This document shows, in pieces, positions 1-10,614 of a stretch of 64,000 nucleotides of DNA. Numbering within the stretch: the stretch's first letter is position 1; every line of letters begins with the position of its first letter. The stretch is from assembly GCA_964517435.1 (NCBI GenBank), contig CAZFEC010000001.1, forward strand, positions 7,518-71,517, read 5' to 3'. Source of the DNA: an uncultured Bacteroidia bacterium. Lineage in GTDB: Bacteria; CAIWAD01; BS150m-G50. The translations under genes and the position numbers were made by a program. The notes beneath the pieces were generated by a model. The model searched no databases, was not told where the DNA came from, and saw only the letters and a list, made by a program, of their open reading frames with translations.

Positions 1-1377
1 ACCCTCCGGAGCGCCGCAGCTGGCCCAGAGCACGCGCCCGTGGTGCCGGCTCCGAAAACCGTAAGCGTCCAATCCGAAAATCACCCGTCCCCACTTGGTA
101 CCCTTGATGATTTGCGAGATCATGCCCGCCTGCTGCTTGGCTACTACTTTGCGGCGGATGAAGTCCGCCTCTTCCACCAGGTTGCCCGTACCGTCGGTAA
201 AGGGGGTGAAGCCGAAGTCCTCCAGGTCTTTCCCCTCCTTCAGATTCTCGTAGTAGCCGTCCCCCTTGATGTAGTAAAGGCGGCTGTCGAGTTGGAAACC
301 GCTGCCCAGATCCCTCAGTAGAATCAACTCGAAGTGCGGCTGGCTGAAGTGATCGATGGAATTCTCGTAGTCGGCGTAGTCGTTCTGGCGGCGGTCCTCG
401 GCGTAGAGGGAAGCGGGAATCGCGTTGAAAGCCTGCTGTGATTCTTCAAGGCCGCCGTAGGTGTTGAAGGTGATTCTACCGTCGGTCAGGTAGCGGGTGC
501 CGCTCAGGAAGTAACTGTACATTTCCACGCCAGCGCGATGCCGGAACTCGTCCGTGCCCAGGGTAGAGAAACGGACGCTGAAGGCGCGATCCCTTTGCAG
601 ACCGCTGTTGTAGCCCCAGGCGTAGCTCCGGTAGTTGAAGGAACCGGCGCCCACACTCAACCAGCCGCCGCTGCTCTCCTCGCCGGTGGCGGTGCGCATG
701 TTGACCGTACCGGCGAACTCATTACTGCCCAGAAAGGAGCTGCCGACGCCGCGCACGATCTGGATGTCATCGAGACTGCTGCCCAGGTCCGGCATGTCGA
801 CCCAGTAGACATAATGATCTTCCGGATCGTTGAGCGGGATGCCGTTGATCATCACACCGATCCGACGCTGATCGAAGCCGCGCATCTTGATATCGCGGTA
901 GCCGAAATCGCCTCCGGAATAGGAGAGCACGGTCAGAGCGGGCGCTCCCTCCAGCAGCCCGGTGAGGTCCTGGGCGTAATTGGTCGCCTCCAGTTGCGCC
1001 CGGGGGATGTTGGTGAAGCCGGCGGGGCTGGCCCCTCGTCGCAGCCGGTTGGTGGTGATCACCACCTCCTGATTCGGCAGGATACGCGGCGACAGACGCC
1101 AGATGCGTCCGTTGCTCTCCGGTATCCAGATCTGCACCATCTGCAGCTGGTAACCCAGATGGCTGATGCTGACGGTGTAGCGGTTCGGTTCAAGTCCGCT
1201 CAGGCTGAATGCACCCTCCGCATCGGTTACGGTTCCGGTCCGGCTATCCTGTAGCCAGACATGACAGTTGCCCAAAGGCTGCCCGGTAGCTTCATCCATC
1301 ACCCAGCCGGTGAAATCCACCGCCTGGGATTCTATGTAGAAGCCGAGCAGCAAGAGCAACACAAACCACTGTTTCAT
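1..1377 (-). CDS. TonB-dependent outer-membrane receptor, N-terminal part (gene runs off the window start)
   Basis: Minus-strand frame open from the window edge to ATG at 1377..1375. Translation begins MKQWFVLLLLLGFYIESQA (signal peptide), followed by carboxypeptidase-regulatory-like and Plug-domain motifs (NRLRRGASPAGFTNIP, DIKMRGF, IQIVRGVGSS). Plus-strand track ORFs 40..321 and 538..1254 are antisense shadows. Confidence 0.65.
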   Translation of the reverse strand, partial: MKQWFVLLLLLGFYIESQAVDFTGWVMDEATGQPLGNCHVWLQDSRTGTVTDAEGAFSLSGLEPNRYTVSISHLGYQLQMVQIWIPESNGRIWRLSPRILPNQEVVITTNRLRRGASPAGFTNIPRAQLEATNYAQDLTGLLEGAPALTVLSYSGGDFGYRDIKMRGFDQRRIGVMINGIPLNDPEDHYVYWVDMPDLGSSLDDIQIVRGVGSSFLGSNEFAGTVNMRTATGEESSGGWLSVGAGSFNYRSYAWGYNSGLQRDRAFSVRFSTLGTDEFRHRAGVEMYSYFLSGTRYLTDGRITFNTYGGLEESQQAFNAIPASLYAEDRRQNDYADYENSIDHFSQPHFELILLRDLGSGFQLDSRLYYIKGDGYYENLKEGKDLEDFGFTPFTDGTGNLVEEADFIRRKVVAKQQAGMISQIIKGTKWGRVIFGLDAYGFRSRHHGRVLWASCGAPEG

Positions 1378-1581
1378 GAGAAACCTCGCATTTTGTGTTA
1401 CAAATGACATCGAGTCTGATCTTGGCACTCGGGTCGGATCAAGTAACCTTCTTTACGGGTAAATTGCCAACTCTGCATACGGTAAGCGTCGCAACCACTG
1501 GTTTCTCTTTTGAATTGGAGATGCCGCAGCCTATTTTTCAGGACGATTCCACAAGTTACGTGATACATCCACCGTGCACTC

Positions 1582-3600
1582 ATGATACGACTGACCGATA
1601 TCCGGCTCGCTTTCCCCGACAAGGTGCTCTACCGCGGTATCAATCTCCATCTGCTGCCGAGGGCCCGTTGCGGGCTGGTCGGTGACAATGGGACCGGCAA
1701 GACCACCCTCCTGCGCCTGATTCTGGATGAGATGTCTCCCGACACGGGACAGGTATGGCTACGTGCCGGTTTGCGGATCGGCTACCTGCCGCAGTCCTGG
1801 CAGGGTGACAGCGAGGGGAACCTGCTCAGCTGGACCACCAGCCGGGTGGGTGATCTCAAGCGCACCGAAAAGCGGATCGCGGAGCTGCACCAGTTGCTCG
1901 CCGCCGCACCGGAAGAGTCGCTGCAGACAGCCTACCTCAAGGAACTGGGACTGCTCCAGGAGCAGTTTGAGAGACGCAACGGCTACTTTCTGGAGCACAA
2001 CGCCAAGGTAATCCTGCGGGGGCTGGGCTTCCGTGAACGGGATTTCCAGCGCCCGCTGCAGGAATTCTCCGGGGGCTGGCGCATGCGGGCGGCGCTGGGC
2101 CGGCTGCTGCTGGAGGATCCCGATCTGCTACTGCTGGATGAGCCGACCAACCATCTCGATCTGCCGGCGCTGGAGTGGCTGGAACGCTACCTGCGCAGCT
2201 TTGACGGCGCTCTGCTCGCCATTTCCCATGACCGTTTCTTTCTCGACCGTACGGTGAACCTGATCCTGGAACTCGCCCATACCGATCTGCGTCAGTGGCC
2301 GGGGAATTACAGCAACTTTCTGCGACAGAAAGAGGAGGAGCGGCAGCGGCGCCTGGCTCTGCGTGCTCAGCAGGAGGAGAAGATCACCGAATTGAAGCGC
2401 TTCATCGAACGCTTTCGCTACAAGGCTTCCAAAGCGGCGCAGGTGCAATCCCGGGTCAAGATGCTGGAGAAGATCGAACTGGTCGAGGTGGAACGGGAGA
2501 CCGCCGGCATTCACTTTCACTTCCCGGCGGCGCCGCGTACCGGCGACTGGGTCCTGCGCGTTGAGCAGCTCGGTATGCGGTACGGCGATCTGGAAGTCTT
2601 CCGGGACTTGAGCTTCAATCTGGCCCGCGGTGAAAAGGTCGCCCTGGTTGGCGCCAACGGGGAAGGGAAGTCCACGCTCAGTCGGCTGATCTGTGGCATT
2701 GAGCAACAGGCCGGCGGTGAGCTGGTCCTCGGGCACAACGTCCTGCAGAAGTGGTATTCGCAGGACAGCGAAGAGCAGATGAATCCCGACCTTACCGTTC
2801 TGCAGGAGGTCACCCAGGTGGCCGGTCGCCGCACCCAGACCGAAGTGCGCACCCTGCTGGGCAGCTTTCTATTCAGTGGCGACAGCGTCGACAAGAAGGT
2901 GGCGGTACTCTCCGGCGGGGAGAAGAGCCGCCTGGCCGTCTGCAAGCTGCTGTTCGAGCGGTCGAACTTCCTGGTTCTGGACGAACCGACCAACCACCTC
3001 GACGCCAAAGCGCGGGGAGTGCTGATGGAGGCGTTGCGCGCGTTTCAGGGCGCGTTGTTGATCGTCTCGCACGACCGCTGGTTTCTGGACCGGGTGGTCG
3101 AGCGGGTGCTGATGATAGAACAGGGGATGCTGCTGGACTATCCCGGCAACTACACGGAGTTCCTGTGCTGGCGGGAAGAGCAACTGCAGGCGGAAGCGAC
3201 GGCGGCGGCAGACATGGTGGTGACCTCAGAACAATCCGTTGCCGCCTTATCTCGCAAGGAGGAGCGCAAGCTGCGCACGCAGGAGAAGATCGAACGCCGC
3301 CGCTATCTGCGCGGTTTCAGCGATGCCGTCGCCGCGCAGGAGCAGGAAATCGAACGGCTGAACCTGGAGCTGGGCCGGGTCGAGGAGAAGCTGCTGGACC
3401 CGCAGGTTTACGAGGATCAGGAGCTGTTGAAGAAATACCATCTGAAACACAACCGGCTGCGGAGCGAGAAGCAGTTGGCCGAAACGGCCTGGAGCGAAGC
3501 GGTCGACCGCCTGGCGGCCGCGGAACGGGAAGTGGCCGCCGCGGCGGAGGGTGAACAGTCCCCGCCGTTGACGGGAACGGACGTGAAGGGAGGAGAGTGA
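1582..3600 (+). CDS. ABC-F family ATPase (two ABC domains, no transmembrane domain, C-terminal coiled coil)
   Basis: Two Walker A motifs (GDNGTGKTT, GANGEGKST), two ABC signatures (LSGGWRMR, LSGGEKSR) and two Walker B motifs (LLLLDEPTNHLD, LVLDEPTNHLD). Long charged C-terminal tail. Confidence 0.9.
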   Translation: MIRLTDIRLAFPDKVLYRGINLHLLPRARCGLVGDNGTGKTTLLRLILDEMSPDTGQVWLRAGLRIGYLPQSWQGDSEGNLLSWTTSRVGDLKRTEKRIAELHQLLAAAPEESLQTAYLKELGLLQEQFERRNGYFLEHNAKVILRGLGFRERDFQRPLQEFSGGWRMRAALGRLLLEDPDLLLLDEPTNHLDLPALEWLERYLRSFDGALLAISHDRFFLDRTVNLILELAHTDLRQWPGNYSNFLRQKEEERQRRLALRAQQEEKITELKRFIERFRYKASKAAQVQSRVKMLEKIELVEVERETAGIHFHFPAAPRTGDWVLRVEQLGMRYGDLEVFRDLSFNLARGEKVALVGANGEGKSTLSRLICGIEQQAGGELVLGHNVLQKWYSQDSEEQMNPDLTVLQEVTQVAGRRTQTEVRTLLGSFLFSGDSVDKKVAVLSGGEKSRLAVCKLLFERSNFLVLDEPTNHLDAKARGVLMEALRAFQGALLIVSHDRWFLDRVVERVLMIEQGMLLDYPGNYTEFLCWREEQLQAEATAAADMVVTSEQSVAALSRKEERKLRTQEKIERRRYLRGFSDAVAAQEQEIERLNLELGRVEEKLLDPQVYEDQELLKKYHLKHNRLRSEKQLAETAWSEAVDRLAAAEREVAAAAEGEQSPPLTGTDVKGGE

Positions 3601-5324
3601 TGAAGAAAGTGCTGTTGTGGATTGGTTTGGTCGGGGCGGGGGTGTTTCTCGTCATCATGCTGATGGGTGTGCTGGCGTTGCGCAATCTCGGCAGCGGCAT
3701 TCAGGTGGAACCGAACAGCCTGCTGACGCTTGAGCTGGATAGCGCGATGCCGGATTATGACGCCGGTTCTCTGCGGACCTGGTTCGGTTATCCGCAACCG
3801 ACGATCACCAGTCTCGTGACCGTTATCGATGCGGCCGCCGCGGATGATCATGTCAGCGCCATTCTCCTCGAAACCGACCGGGTCGGCGGCGGTTGGGCCG
3901 GGTTGCGGGCCGTCCGCAACGCGCTGGCGCGCTTCCGTGCCACCGGCAAACCGGTCTATGCCTACCTGCAGATGACGGTCGACCAGGGTTACTACCTGGC
4001 TTCGGTTGCCGACAGTCTCTGGCTGACCCATTCCGCCAGCGGCGGCATTTTTCTGCGCGGCATTGGCTGGGAGCGTGCTTATCTCAAGCAGCTTTTCTCT
4101 AAACTGGGTCTGCGCTTCGAAGTACTCCACGCCGGCGACTACAAGGGCGCCTTCGAGAATTTCGCGCGCGAGAGCATGTCCGGTCCGGTGCGGGAAAACC
4201 TGACCCGTCTGCTGAAAGATGTCTCGGAGGTTTACATCACCGAGATCGCTCGTGACCGGGGCATCGAACCGGAACAGCTGCGAGAATTGCTGCGCGAACG
4301 GGAGTCGCTGTTTATCCACGGCGAGGAAGCGGAGCAACTGGGGCTGGTGGACGGGCGCCTGGACCGGGTGGCGCTGGCGGAGCGGTTGCGGGAACTCTCA
4401 GGCGACTCTCCGCGCCTCGACTTCCAGGAATACCTGAGTACGATCGATGTAGATCAGTGGCGGCGTCTCCGGGAACAGGTGGCGGTAGTGCACCTGGAAG
4501 GAGTGATCACCACGGGATCGGATCTGATCTCCCAGGGTGAGAGCAATATCGACAGTGATACTTTTCTACCGCTGCTGGAAAAGCTGCGGGAATGGGAGCA
4601 GGTGGCCGCCGTGGTGCTGCGTATCAATTCACCCGGCGGTTCCGCCGCGATTTCAGAAGATATCTGGCGGGGGGCGCGCGCCGTGGCCGGCGCTAAACCG
4701 CTGGTGGTTACACTCGGAAACGTCGCCGCCTCCGGCGGCTACTACATCGCCTGCGCGGGGGATTACATCATCGCGCAGCCCAACACCATCACCGGCTCGA
4801 TCGGCGTGGTGGGCATGCTGCTCGACGCCACCACCCTCCTGGACTGGGTGGATGTGAACTACGAACAACTGAGCACTTCTCCGTATCACAGTCTCGGCCA
4901 TCCCGCTTTCGGGCTGGCACGCCGGCAGCGACGTCAGATTGAAGCACTGCTGGGCGACACCTACCTGGAGTTCAAGGAGCGGGTGGCCGCCGGCCGCAAC
5001 CTGACGCTGGTGGAGGTGGAGCAGGTAGCGCAGGGGCAGGTCTGGTCCGGCCGGCAGGCGGTGGAGCTGGCGCTGGTGGACAGTCTCGGCGAGCTGCCGG
5101 ATGCGATCAATCTGGCGGCCAGGCGCGCCGGCCTGGATCCGTCCGTCACTGCCGTCGTGCACTATCCCGCACAGAAGGGGTTTCTGGAGTTGATCACCGA
5201 TCTCGATTTCCGCTCGCTGGTCTGGCCGGACGCCTGGTCGGAAGTGGAGACAGCGCTGAAGCAGGAAGAGGTCGATCTGTTGCGGGAGCTGCTGCAGACC
5301 CGCCTGATCTGGAACCTGGAGTGA
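3597..5324 (+). CDS. sppA: Signal peptide peptidase SppA (protease IV, 67K type)
   Basis: N-terminal TM helix and two ClpP/crotonase-like repeats; the second carries the catalytic-region motif VTLGNVAASGGYYIACAGDYIIAQPNTITGSIGV. The start overlaps the ABC-F stop (GTGATG). Confidence 0.85.
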   Translation: MMKKVLLWIGLVGAGVFLVIMLMGVLALRNLGSGIQVEPNSLLTLELDSAMPDYDAGSLRTWFGYPQPTITSLVTVIDAAAADDHVSAILLETDRVGGGWAGLRAVRNALARFRATGKPVYAYLQMTVDQGYYLASVADSLWLTHSASGGIFLRGIGWERAYLKQLFSKLGLRFEVLHAGDYKGAFENFARESMSGPVRENLTRLLKDVSEVYITEIARDRGIEPEQLRELLRERESLFIHGEEAEQLGLVDGRLDRVALAERLRELSGDSPRLDFQEYLSTIDVDQWRRLREQVAVVHLEGVITTGSDLISQGESNIDSDTFLPLLEKLREWEQVAAVVLRINSPGGSAAISEDIWRGARAVAGAKPLVVTLGNVAASGGYYIACAGDYIIAQPNTITGSIGVVGMLLDATTLLDWVDVNYEQLSTSPYHSLGHPAFGLARRQRRQIEALLGDTYLEFKERVAAGRNLTLVEVEQVAQGQVWSGRQAVELALVDSLGELPDAINLAARRAGLDPSVTAVVHYPAQKGFLELITDLDFRSLVWPDAWSEVETALKQEEVDLLRELLQTRLIWNLE

Positions 5325-5343
5325 GGGAAGTGGCAGGGCGGCT

Positions 5344-6276
5344 TCAGTTGGAAATAGTCGGGTGCTGTTTCTTCCAGACGAGTGAGGCGATAATCGAGAT
5401 CAGCAGTACCACGAAGATAGTCAGCAGTGACGCCATAATCGGAATCTCGTAAAAGCCGCTGATCAGCAGCTTGACACCGATAAAGGTGAGAATGAAAGCC
5501 AACCCGTATTTGAGGTAGTAGAACACCTCGAGGATGTCCGCCAGCACGAAATAGAGTGCCCGCAGACCGAGAATAGCGAAGATGTTCGATGTGTAGACGA
5601 TGAAGACATCCTCGGTTATCGCGAAGATCGCCGGGATCGAGTCGAAGGCGAATACTACATCCGAGACCTCAATCGTCACCAGCACCAGTAGCAGGGGTGT
5701 CGCCACCAGGCGTCCTTTCTGGCGCGTGAAGAATTTCCGCCCGTCGTAGGCACCGCTGATCGGCAGGATGCGCCGCGTCCAGCGCACCACGAAGTTGTCC
5801 TCGGGATGCTCGTTCTCATGCGCGTGCAGCATGCGGTAGCCGGTAAAGACCAGGAAGGCGCCGAAGATATAGAGCACCCAGTGATACTGATGGATCAGCG
5901 CTCCCCCCGCGAAGATCATGATGCTGCGCATGATGATGGCGCCGATGATGCCCCAGACCAGCACCCCATGCTGGTAGCGCGCCTCCACCCGGAAATAACT
6001 GAAGATCATGATGAAGACGAACAGGTTGTCGACGCTGAGTGACTTCTCCAGCAGGTAGCCGGTGAAGAACTGCAGAGCCTGTTCGTTGGTGAAATCGGGA
6101 TGCAGATAGATGCCCAGATTGAACAGCAGCGAAATGGCGATCCAGAAGCAACTCCAACCCAGTGCCTCCTTGATCGAGATCTGATGCGGATTGCGGTTGA
6201 AGACAATCAGGTCTATCCCCAGCATCAGCACGATGAAGGCGTTGAAAATTATCCAGAACCAGATACTCTCGAGCAT
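5344..6276 (-). CDS. TerC-family integral membrane protein (Alx/YkoY-like)
   Basis: Polytopic membrane protein with the TerC hallmark LEKSLSVDNLFVF and a repeated acidic-loop architecture. Confidence 0.85.
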   Translation of the reverse strand: MLESIWFWIIFNAFIVLMLGIDLIVFNRNPHQISIKEALGWSCFWIAISLLFNLGIYLHPDFTNEQALQFFTGYLLEKSLSVDNLFVFIMIFSYFRVEARYQHGVLVWGIIGAIIMRSIMIFAGGALIHQYHWVLYIFGAFLVFTGYRMLHAHENEHPEDNFVVRWTRRILPISGAYDGRKFFTRQKGRLVATPLLLVLVTIEVSDVVFAFDSIPAIFAITEDVFIVYTSNIFAILGLRALYFVLADILEVFYYLKYGLAFILTFIGVKLLISGFYEIPIMASLLTIFVVLLISIIASLVWKKQHPTISN

Positions 6277-6487
6277 GCAGGACCGTCTGTGTGAAGGTTT
6301 TGGTCTGTGAAAAGGCCGGGCGCGGATTGTGGAGCGAAACCGGCATTACGCTGCTGAGCATTACGCTACTGAAGTGAGCGTATCTAAGAAATACAACCGA
6401 ACGCAGGATAGCAAGGGAAGAAAACCGCCGGACAGGCGTCAGGAGTGGCAGCTGCCCGGAGTAGGGCCGCCTCAGCCCCGGCTGGTA

Positions 6488-9223
6488 CTAGTTATCGCGC
6501 GACTGCTCTTCGGCTCGCGTTTCGTTCGTCGCCGGCGAGCTTGAAACGGAGGATGGACTGCCGGTGCCGCCGCTGTACAACTGGCGCAGGATCGCTCTTA
6601 TCTCCTGCAGACGGCTGCTGACCAGATCGGAGAGGTCGGGCGACGCCTCCGCCTGGAGCGCGGTGTTGATTTCGCTCAGTATCGGTTGCAGGCGCTGCTC
6701 CAGGTTCAGGCCCATCCGGCGCAGCGCGCGATCGCGCGATTCGGCCAGTATCTGACGGTCGAACACATCCTCCAGCTGCACCAGAAAACGGCAGGCATCA
6801 GGCCGCTCGGCCGGAAAGGGGCTGATCTGCAGGCTGACTAAAGTGCGGGGCGCATTCCCTCCCGGTTCCAGCCAGAGGTCGTTCAGCTCAAACGGTTGTC
6901 CAGTGCGTACGCAGATCTGGAAGCCCTGGTGCAGCGGCGTATCACGCAACTGCGGGAATCCCTCGAACAATCCCGGCCCGTGCATCAAATCGGGCGGCGC
7001 GCCGAGCAGCTCCCGGGCCCGCCCGTTCACGTGCAGCACCCGGCCCGATTCATCGAGCAGCAGCAGTGCACTCGACACCTGCTGCAGCGAACGGCGGTTG
7101 AATTCTTCCAGGATCTGCAGCTGCTGGGCGTCCCAGGTGAGTTCGGCGCCGGTGCGATGCAGGATGTCCCGCAGGCTGGCCCGCTGTTGCGGTTCGATGT
7201 AGTGATCGGCCATTTCGTCTTCGAAGAAACGCAGGCGCCGGTTGAGCGCCTTATCGACGCTCTGCCGGATATCGGTCATCGCGAAGGGATGGACGATGTA
7301 GTCATCCGCACCCAGGCGGATCGCTTCCACCGCCGTCTGGATGGAGCCATAGTTGGTCAGTACGATCACCGGAATGGTGAGATCGACCGCCTTGATGCGT
7401 CGCACGAAATCGAGTCCCTTGATACCGGGCAGATGCAGGTTGGTGAGGGCCAGATCGCAGTTGCGCTTCTGCAGCGCCTGTAACGCCTCTTCGCCGCTGC
7501 CGTAAGCGGTCACCTCGTAACCCCAGTTTCTGAAGACATCTTCCAGCACGTCGCGCTGGTTGCTCTGGCTGTCGATGATAAAAATGCAGAAGCCGCGTTC
7601 CGTTGTCGCTGGATTCAGCTCCTCCACCTGGCGGCTCTCCAGGTCGCTGCTCTCCGCCGGGCTCGCCTCCACGCCGGTACAATCGATGAACTCGCCGGGC
7701 GGCGTCTGCGCGACTATCTGGCCGGGACCGCGGCGTTTGGCCTGCAGCAGTGCCTGGTCGGCCATCCGCACCAGGTCCCGCGCTTTATACTCGCCGGGAC
7801 ATTGCACGACCATCCCCAGCGACAGGGAAAGCGGGGCGTGGCTGCCGCCCAATTCCAGCTGTTTCACCCCCTGCCGGATGCGGTTGGCCACCAGTATCGC
7901 TCCGTTCAGGTCGGTATCGGGCAGGAGCAGTACGAACTCGTCGCCGCCGTACCGGCCGGCGCTGTCGATATCACGTAAGGATTCCTGCAGCAGGGCGGGG
8001 AGCATCTGCAACACCTGGTCGCCGGTCTGGTGGCCGTAGGTGTCATTGTAGACCTTGAAGAAATCGAGATCGAGCATGATCACTGCCAGGCAGCTGTTCA
8101 GACGCTGCGAACGAGTGATCTCCAGCTCCACCCGTTGCAGCCAGGTGTTGCGCGACATCAGGCCGGTGAGATCGTCGTAGTGGGCGCGACGCGTGTTCTG
8201 GCGGATCTCCAGCGCCTGCGCCAGCGCGATGGCCGCTTCCGTCGTCATCTGCATGATGCGGCGCATGTTGGCTTCGGTCAGCGCCGGTTCGCCGGGATTG
8301 AAGAGATGCAACCGGCCGATGATGCGATAACCGTAGAGCAGTGGAATCACGATCACCGATTTGAACTGCGGGATCCGGGCCAGGAAGTGGTAGGGATGAT
8401 CGGAGCCGAGCTCCCCGATGTTCTCGACCAGCGTGCCCCGCTCGCGGTGGAAGAATGAGTCGCCGCTGCTGCGTTTCAGGTTAACCACCAGCTGGTCGAG
8501 CACCTCCTCAACCAGACCGCGGGCGGCGAAAGTATCGTAACCGCGGTTGAAGTCCTGGAAGACTGTCAACAAGCCGAGATCGGTCTGCAGCAGCTTGAGC
8601 CCCAGGCTGAGCGTGAGGTCGACCAGTTTGTTGAAATCCCGGGTAGAGTTGAATACCCGGAGAGTGGTCACGGCTTCCGGTTGCGAGAAACCGGCGGCGC
8701 CTGGCTGTTCGCACCAGAGTTCGTCCGTCAGCAGCGCGGTCAGTTCCCGCAGGAGTGATTGCAGACGCTCGGCGGCGGGCAGACGCAGACGGCCCTGCCG
8801 GCAACCCGCGCACAACACCCCCCTGACCTCGCCGTCTCCCAGCGGCAGCAGGATGGCATCGGTCAGTTCAGGGCGAACCAGGGCGATGCCTTCCGGCAGC
8901 CTGCCGGCGGTCAGACGTAGAATATTCCCCTCGCGCACAACCTGGCCGGCGGCGCTTGTATCCAGCGGGCAGCGGGCAAAGCGTGTGATTTCTGCCGGCA
9001 GGCCGGTGGCGGTACAGAGGTGGAGGATCTGTTCCTCCCGGTCAAACCTGAGGAGGGAACCGGTCTGCGCGCCCAGCGTTTCCAGACAGAGATTCAACAG
9101 AAGATGGGTAAGTCGATCGTGGAGTTGAAACCGCTCTTCAAGACGGTCCCGTTCGATCAACCCTGTTTGTGGATCCCCCTGCTTTTGCCTGCTGTCGTCG
9201 TTTCCATTACACTTCTTCATCAC
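6488..9223 (-). CDS. Multidomain c-di-GMP signalling protein: GAF-GAF-GGDEF (diguanylate cyclase)-REC-PAS
   Basis: GGDEF domain with RYGGDEFVLLLPDTD; downstream receiver domain with the conserved Asp/Lys pattern (IDSQ...DLALTNLHLPGIKG...DDYIVHPF); GAF-like N-terminal modules and a PAS-like C-terminal region. Confidence 0.8.
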   Translation of the reverse strand: MMKKCNGNDDSRQKQGDPQTGLIERDRLEERFQLHDRLTHLLLNLCLETLGAQTGSLLRFDREEQILHLCTATGLPAEITRFARCPLDTSAAGQVVREGNILRLTAGRLPEGIALVRPELTDAILLPLGDGEVRGVLCAGCRQGRLRLPAAERLQSLLRELTALLTDELWCEQPGAAGFSQPEAVTTLRVFNSTRDFNKLVDLTLSLGLKLLQTDLGLLTVFQDFNRGYDTFAARGLVEEVLDQLVVNLKRSSGDSFFHRERGTLVENIGELGSDHPYHFLARIPQFKSVIVIPLLYGYRIIGRLHLFNPGEPALTEANMRRIMQMTTEAAIALAQALEIRQNTRRAHYDDLTGLMSRNTWLQRVELEITRSQRLNSCLAVIMLDLDFFKVYNDTYGHQTGDQVLQMLPALLQESLRDIDSAGRYGGDEFVLLLPDTDLNGAILVANRIRQGVKQLELGGSHAPLSLSLGMVVQCPGEYKARDLVRMADQALLQAKRRGPGQIVAQTPPGEFIDCTGVEASPAESSDLESRQVEELNPATTERGFCIFIIDSQSNQRDVLEDVFRNWGYEVTAYGSGEEALQALQKRNCDLALTNLHLPGIKGLDFVRRIKAVDLTIPVIVLTNYGSIQTAVEAIRLGADDYIVHPFAMTDIRQSVDKALNRRLRFFEDEMADHYIEPQQRASLRDILHRTGAELTWDAQQLQILEEFNRRSLQQVSSALLLLDESGRVLHVNGRARELLGAPPDLMHGPGLFEGFPQLRDTPLHQGFQICVRTGQPFELNDLWLEPGGNAPRTLVSLQISPFPAERPDACRFLVQLEDVFDRQILAESRDRALRRMGLNLEQRLQPILSEINTALQAEASPDLSDLVSSRLQEIRAILRQLYSGGTGSPSSVSSSPATNETRAEEQSRDN

Positions 9224-10601
9224 CTTTCTCTTTATCCCGGAATCCCAGTTTCATCATCTTCGAATAGAGGGTACCCCGGCTGATCTCCAGAATTTTGGAG
9301 GTCTTGGAGAGGTTCCAGTTCGTCTCATTCAGACAGTGCTCGATCAGAGCCCGCTCCGCTTCCTGCAGCGTGCGCGATTTCAACTGCAGCGTCAGTTCGT
9401 TGTGGTCGCGCTTATGCACCACCTCGCCGGAGAGATCGCTGAGGGAGATCTTGCGGCCTTCCGTCAGCACCACCGCCCGTTCCAGGACATTGCGCAACTC
9501 GCGGATGTTGCCCGGCCAATCGTAGTTCACCAGCGCGTTCATCGCCGATTTGCCGACGGCGTCGATCCGCTTCTTCGTCTCCTCGGCGAACTGGGAGAGG
9601 AAAAAATCGACCAGCAGCGGAATATCCTCGCGGCGCTGACGCAGCGGCGGCACATCTATCGGTATCACGTTGAGGCGATAGTAGAGGTCCTCCCGGAAGG
9701 TTTTGTCCCGGATCAGTTGCGGTAGGTCCTGGTGCGTCGCCGAAATCAGCCGCACGTCGACCTTGATGGACTCAGTGCCGCCCACCCGTTCGAATTCCTG
9801 TGTCTGCAGCACCCGCACCAGCTTGATCTGTGTATGCAGCGGGATGTCGCCGATCTCATCCAGGAAGAGGGTGCCGTCACTGGCCAGCTCGAAGCGGCCC
9901 TTGCGCTGGGAGACGGCGGATGTGAAAGCGCCTTTCTCGTGGCCGAACAGCTCCGACTCCAGGACCCCCTCGGAAAAGGAGGCGCAGGAGGTCTTGATGA
10001 AGGGCTGCGACGACCGGAAGCTGAAGTAATGTATCACATGCGCGAGCAGCTCCTTGCCGGTGCCGCTTTCGCCGGTCAGCAGAATGGAGGAGTTGCTTTT
10101 GGCGGCGGTCGCCACGTTGCGAAAGACGTCCTGGATGGCGGTGGAGTTGCCGATGATGCTGTCGAAGCCGTACTTGCGGCTGAGGTCGGGCAGGAAGAAG
10201 TTGCGGTCGAGAAAGACCTCTTTCTCGCTCTCGATGCGCCGGATGCTGCTCAGCGCTTCGTCCGGGTTGAAAGGCTTGAGGATGTAATCCCACGCTCCTT
10301 TGCGCATCGCCTCCACGGCGCCGTCGACGCTGCCGAAGCCGGTCAGGACGATCACCTTGATGGAAGGGTAGAGGTCATGGACCATGCTGAGCAGTTCCAT
10401 GCCACCGATGCCCGGCATCTTGAGGTCGGTGATCATCAGGTCGTAATTGCCGTTTTCCCGTTCCAGACGATCCAGCGCTTCCTGTCCGGTGGAGGCGGTG
10501 GCAACCTGGTAGCCCTCATCCCGCAGAACATCTCCCATCGACTCGAGCATGTTGATCTCATCATCGACCATTAAGATCTGAAGTTTGCTCTCAGATGACA
10601 T
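9207..10601 (-). CDS. Sigma-54-dependent response regulator (NtrC family: REC-AAA+-HTH)
   Basis: REC domain (MVDDEINM...DLMITDLKMPG), sigma-54 interaction AAA+ domain ([15 protein letters not shown]; GAFTSA motif present as GAFTSAVSQRKGRFELA) and a C-terminal Fis-type HTH. The start overlaps the upstream GGDEF gene by 17 nt. Confidence 0.9.
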   Translation of the reverse strand: MSSESKLQILMVDDEINMLESMGDVLRDEGYQVATASTGQEALDRLERENGNYDLMITDLKMPGIGGMELLSMVHDLYPSIKVIVLTGFGSVDGAVEAMRKGAWDYILKPFNPDEALSSIRRIESEKEVFLDRNFFLPDLSRKYGFDSIIGNSTAIQDVFRNVATAAKSNSSILLTGESGTGKELLAHVIHYFSFRSSQPFIKTSCASFSEGVLESELFGHEKGAFTSAVSQRKGRFELASDGTLFLDEIGDIPLHTQIKLVRVLQTQEFERVGGTESIKVDVRLISATHQDLPQLIRDKTFREDLYYRLNVIPIDVPPLRQRREDIPLLVDFFLSQFAEETKKRIDAVGKSAMNALVNYDWPGNIRELRNVLERAVVLTEGRKISLSDLSGEVVHKRDHNELTLQLKSRTLQEAERALIEHCLNETNWNLSKTSKILEISRGTLYSKMMKLGFRDKEKGDEEV

Positions 10602-10614
10602 GCATTACTCCTGG

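Noticed and set aside
6277-6487. yybP-ykoY (Mn2+) riboswitch in front of the TerC-family gene
   Set aside because: This was expected from the gene family, but the minus-strand leader lacks the conserved GGGGAGUAGC and UUGUC...GAGAGA elements. Only a 15-bp tandem duplication was seen.
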